Positions 61,210 to 64,000 of a stretch of DNA of 64,000 bases are shown here, in pieces. The stretch's first letter is position 1; every line of letters begins with the position of its first letter. A program made the position numbers and the translations under genes. The stretch covers positions 9,114,001-9,178,000 of the forward strand of contig OZ249438.1 of assembly GCA_965235115.1 (NCBI GenBank). The letters run 5' to 3'. The DNA is from Laetmonice hystrix. Lineage: Eukaryota. The notes under the pieces are model-generated. The model had not been told where the DNA came from. It ran no database searches and worked only from the letters and a program-made list of their open reading frames with translations.

Positions 61210-64000
61210 ACTCTATCCGATACAAGTCGAGTTTTTGCTGGTGTCATGCGCGGGACTTAAGGCTTTGTTTGGACATTGTCCCGTCGCGAGATCCCGCTTT
61301 GATGTGGTTTCTCCTCCTCCTCGCTCCTTGACGCTTTGATGCCAGAAAACCCGTCTCCTAGCAACCAGTAGCAGATGCGCCATTTTGTTGATGTTGGCAG
61401 AGCGGTCGGGACGAGAAGTTGGTATAAAAGTGTGGCCTCATTGTACTTCCCGGACTTAGAAATAATGTTCATTGTTTTCACATCTCGCAAAGACGACATT
61501 TTGACCAGAACGGGATTGTTTTTCCAGTCGAGTAGGAATCCTGAAAATGTGGAGAGACAGAATTTTTATTTCCTTTTTCGCGTCGTTTTCTTCCTGGATG
61601 TGTTCTTATGAACAGCTAGTGGAGTCTTTTCAAAATGAGGTTGCTTTCATGTGTGAAATGTACTTCAGGCATGACTAGTCCTGTATCATGTCCAAATGCG
61701 GGGTATAAGCTAATTTTGTCCTCTTATTCATGGTTTATTAGCTCGGCTCAGCTCCTAGTCGGAACGTTTCATGAGATTGATAAAGTGAGAACGACGCGAG
61801 ATTGGTCGGAGCATTTAGATTTGTATGGGGTTCTCAGTTTGGACAACACGGGGGCCGGGGTAAGAGAACCCTTGTTAAACGTTAGGGTGTGCCACGTGAA
61901 GGAAGTGGTCAGGGGTTGTGAGGTGTGAGCCCAGTAATGTGTCGGTCGCTGTCACAGAATGGGCATTAATATTGGGCAGTGTGGGATTACATGGCTAATT
62001 AGGTCAATATTGGCGGAGGAAATGGGCAGAAGGACATGACGTCAAGGACGGCTTGAGTGAGGTCAAAGGTCAGGGTCGGCTGAGGACCACAGATGTACTC
62101 TCACGTTCTGGGCATGCTGAATGATGACAAGATATAGATTTTGTTGTGTTCAGTTGTTGGACTCAAACAACGCGTTTCTAAGTCGGATGAGCCAACTAAA
62201 ATGAATGAATGAGTAAAATCAGAATGAATGAAAATCAGACAGAAATCATTCAGTAAATTTGTCACATTGAATTGTGATGACATATTATAAAGGGCCCCAT
62301 AATTTTGTTAAATAATATTTTTGATGAACCTGTGTTCATCCCGCCGAGACTGTCCGGTGACCAGCCTTGACCACTAGATGTCGTCATTGTATGGGCCCCT
62401 CATTGAGTCGGATCGCTAACAGCTGGGTTGCGTGTGAGACGATCCGGAGGGTCCTATATCAGACGGTCGACATTCAGATAGCAATCTACAATCAGAACAA
62501 ATTACTACGTTCTCCTGTCTGTATGGAGGCCATAATAGTGTCTGGCAGGTTTCAAAGGCATCGCTAAATGTGCACAGCCAGGAACTGTGGAATTAAGACG
62601 TTTTGTTCAAGCGATCAACGCACGGTTCAGTGGCCTGTGAAAACAAAAGCCCCATGAGAGGCAGCAACAAATCGCCTGCTTTGTCTCACAGAAGTCGGGG
62701 TATATTAACGGGAGCGATGTGTTGAGGGATTTCATTGGTTGCATGCGAGGGGTTGTGAATAGGTCACATGGCACGTTACATGAGGGGTGAAAGGGAGGGG
62801 CATAGTTTTATCAACGGCGCTGTCGCATGCTGAGAAAATTACAAACCAGAAATTTTCTGTTCATAATCACTAGGCTGAAGTCTTCGGGATACTTCATCAA
62901 GTGAGTGATTAGGAAAGATCATTGCTGCAGCGGCAAAAAGGTTAGGACAAAGAGTCGCAGAAAGGAGCTCTCCCAAACTGTAAAGTTTCTGGGCAGGGGT
63001 CAGTGAGTGCAGAGTGATGGTAGACTCTCGTGTCTGTCGGGGTTGGGGTAAGCGCCCTGGGTTTCACAATGATATAACAATACGAGCTGCACGTGCGTTA
63101 TTGTAGATATGTCATGCTATCGGTCCAAGCCTGCACCTGGGTACCGACGTCTTGTAGTCGATACCTGGGTCTTTGTGGTAGGTAGTGGGTGAATAGGTAA
63201 CTATGGTAACAGGGGTTGACAACGGGGTGTTCTGGTGACCTGGGGGGCGTCATATCGCATGTCGTCAGGGCGAGATAGGAAGCAAAGGTCGCTATTTGTT
63301 AACATGTTTAACATTGAAGGATTTGTTTGAAAAATTTTGAAGTTGTCGTAATCAGTGATTCGGTGAGGGTATAATAATATTAGTCAAGCCGGGAAGTGTT
63401 TCCACGTGTAATGTTACTATGGTAACGCTGGTTACGGTTCACTAAAAATAGACGTCGTTTAACAACATTGGGAACGCTGTCTTTGGTTCCGAGGTTTGGT
63501 GATAGTATTGTCCAGCACATAACATGGGGCGAGGACTTGAATAAAAGCGAAACGTTGCGTTGGTATAGCAACGGCATCTTTGGCATATCCAAACGCTGAA
63601 CGTGTTTTGTTTACAGGATCTCCAATAGTTTTTTACAGCGTCAAAACTGAGAACGCAGGGTTTTAAGATTCATTAGGTAAAAACGAAGAAATAACGAGTA
63701 ATAAAACAAAGGCAGTTAAAATTGATAATTTTCCAATTAAAACTTGATATTTTAAGGTCAGTTTATTGATTGCTTTCATTGGTCACCTGTTGACCAGCTG
63801 TTGTGTAGAGATGAAAGAGGGCAGTTATATTACATGTGATGGCCGTCAAAACCTCGGCCCGAGCTGTAGTACAGTATTCAGTGTGATTAGTATGCCCCCT
63901 GGTGGTTGTGCTGGTAATATCCTGTGGTTAGTGATCACAGTCCCAGATCAGCGGCACAGGTGACACGTTCTCATTAACTAATGACAGGAGATAATTTTTA

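Overview
Eukaryotic (bilaterian invertebrate-like) genomic DNA, almost entirely intronic. The only well-supported protein-coding content is four internal exons on the + strand: 19884-20048, 21971-22169, 25028-25152 and 52565-52789. They have canonical AG/GT boundaries and compatible phases (0/0, 0/1, 1/0, 0/0), and splice into one 238-aa open frame with two spectrin-type repeats resembling the klarsicht/AKAP6 family. The gene's start and end lie outside the window or were not recognised. The third intron is 27.4 kb. The rest is about 14 minisatellite or short tandem arrays, two clear TIR non-autonomous DNA elements (one Kolobok-like with TTAA TSD), two V-SINE/RUDI-like relics, and several heavily decayed L2/CR1 LINE fragments. 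The long ORFs in the ORF track are tandem-repeat artefacts. No rRNA, intact tRNA, CRISPR array or autonomous element was found. The most notable observation is repeated local duplication of this gene's own splice signals. A 137-bp, 98%-identical inverted copy of exon A's 3' end plus donor sits beyond exon B, and could act as an ECS-like dsRNA partner and also create a poison exon. A decoy copy of exon B's acceptor lies upstream of a branch-point-bearing array. Sense-strand arrays of 5' splice-site motifs occur in the long intron. All functional readings are hypotheses.
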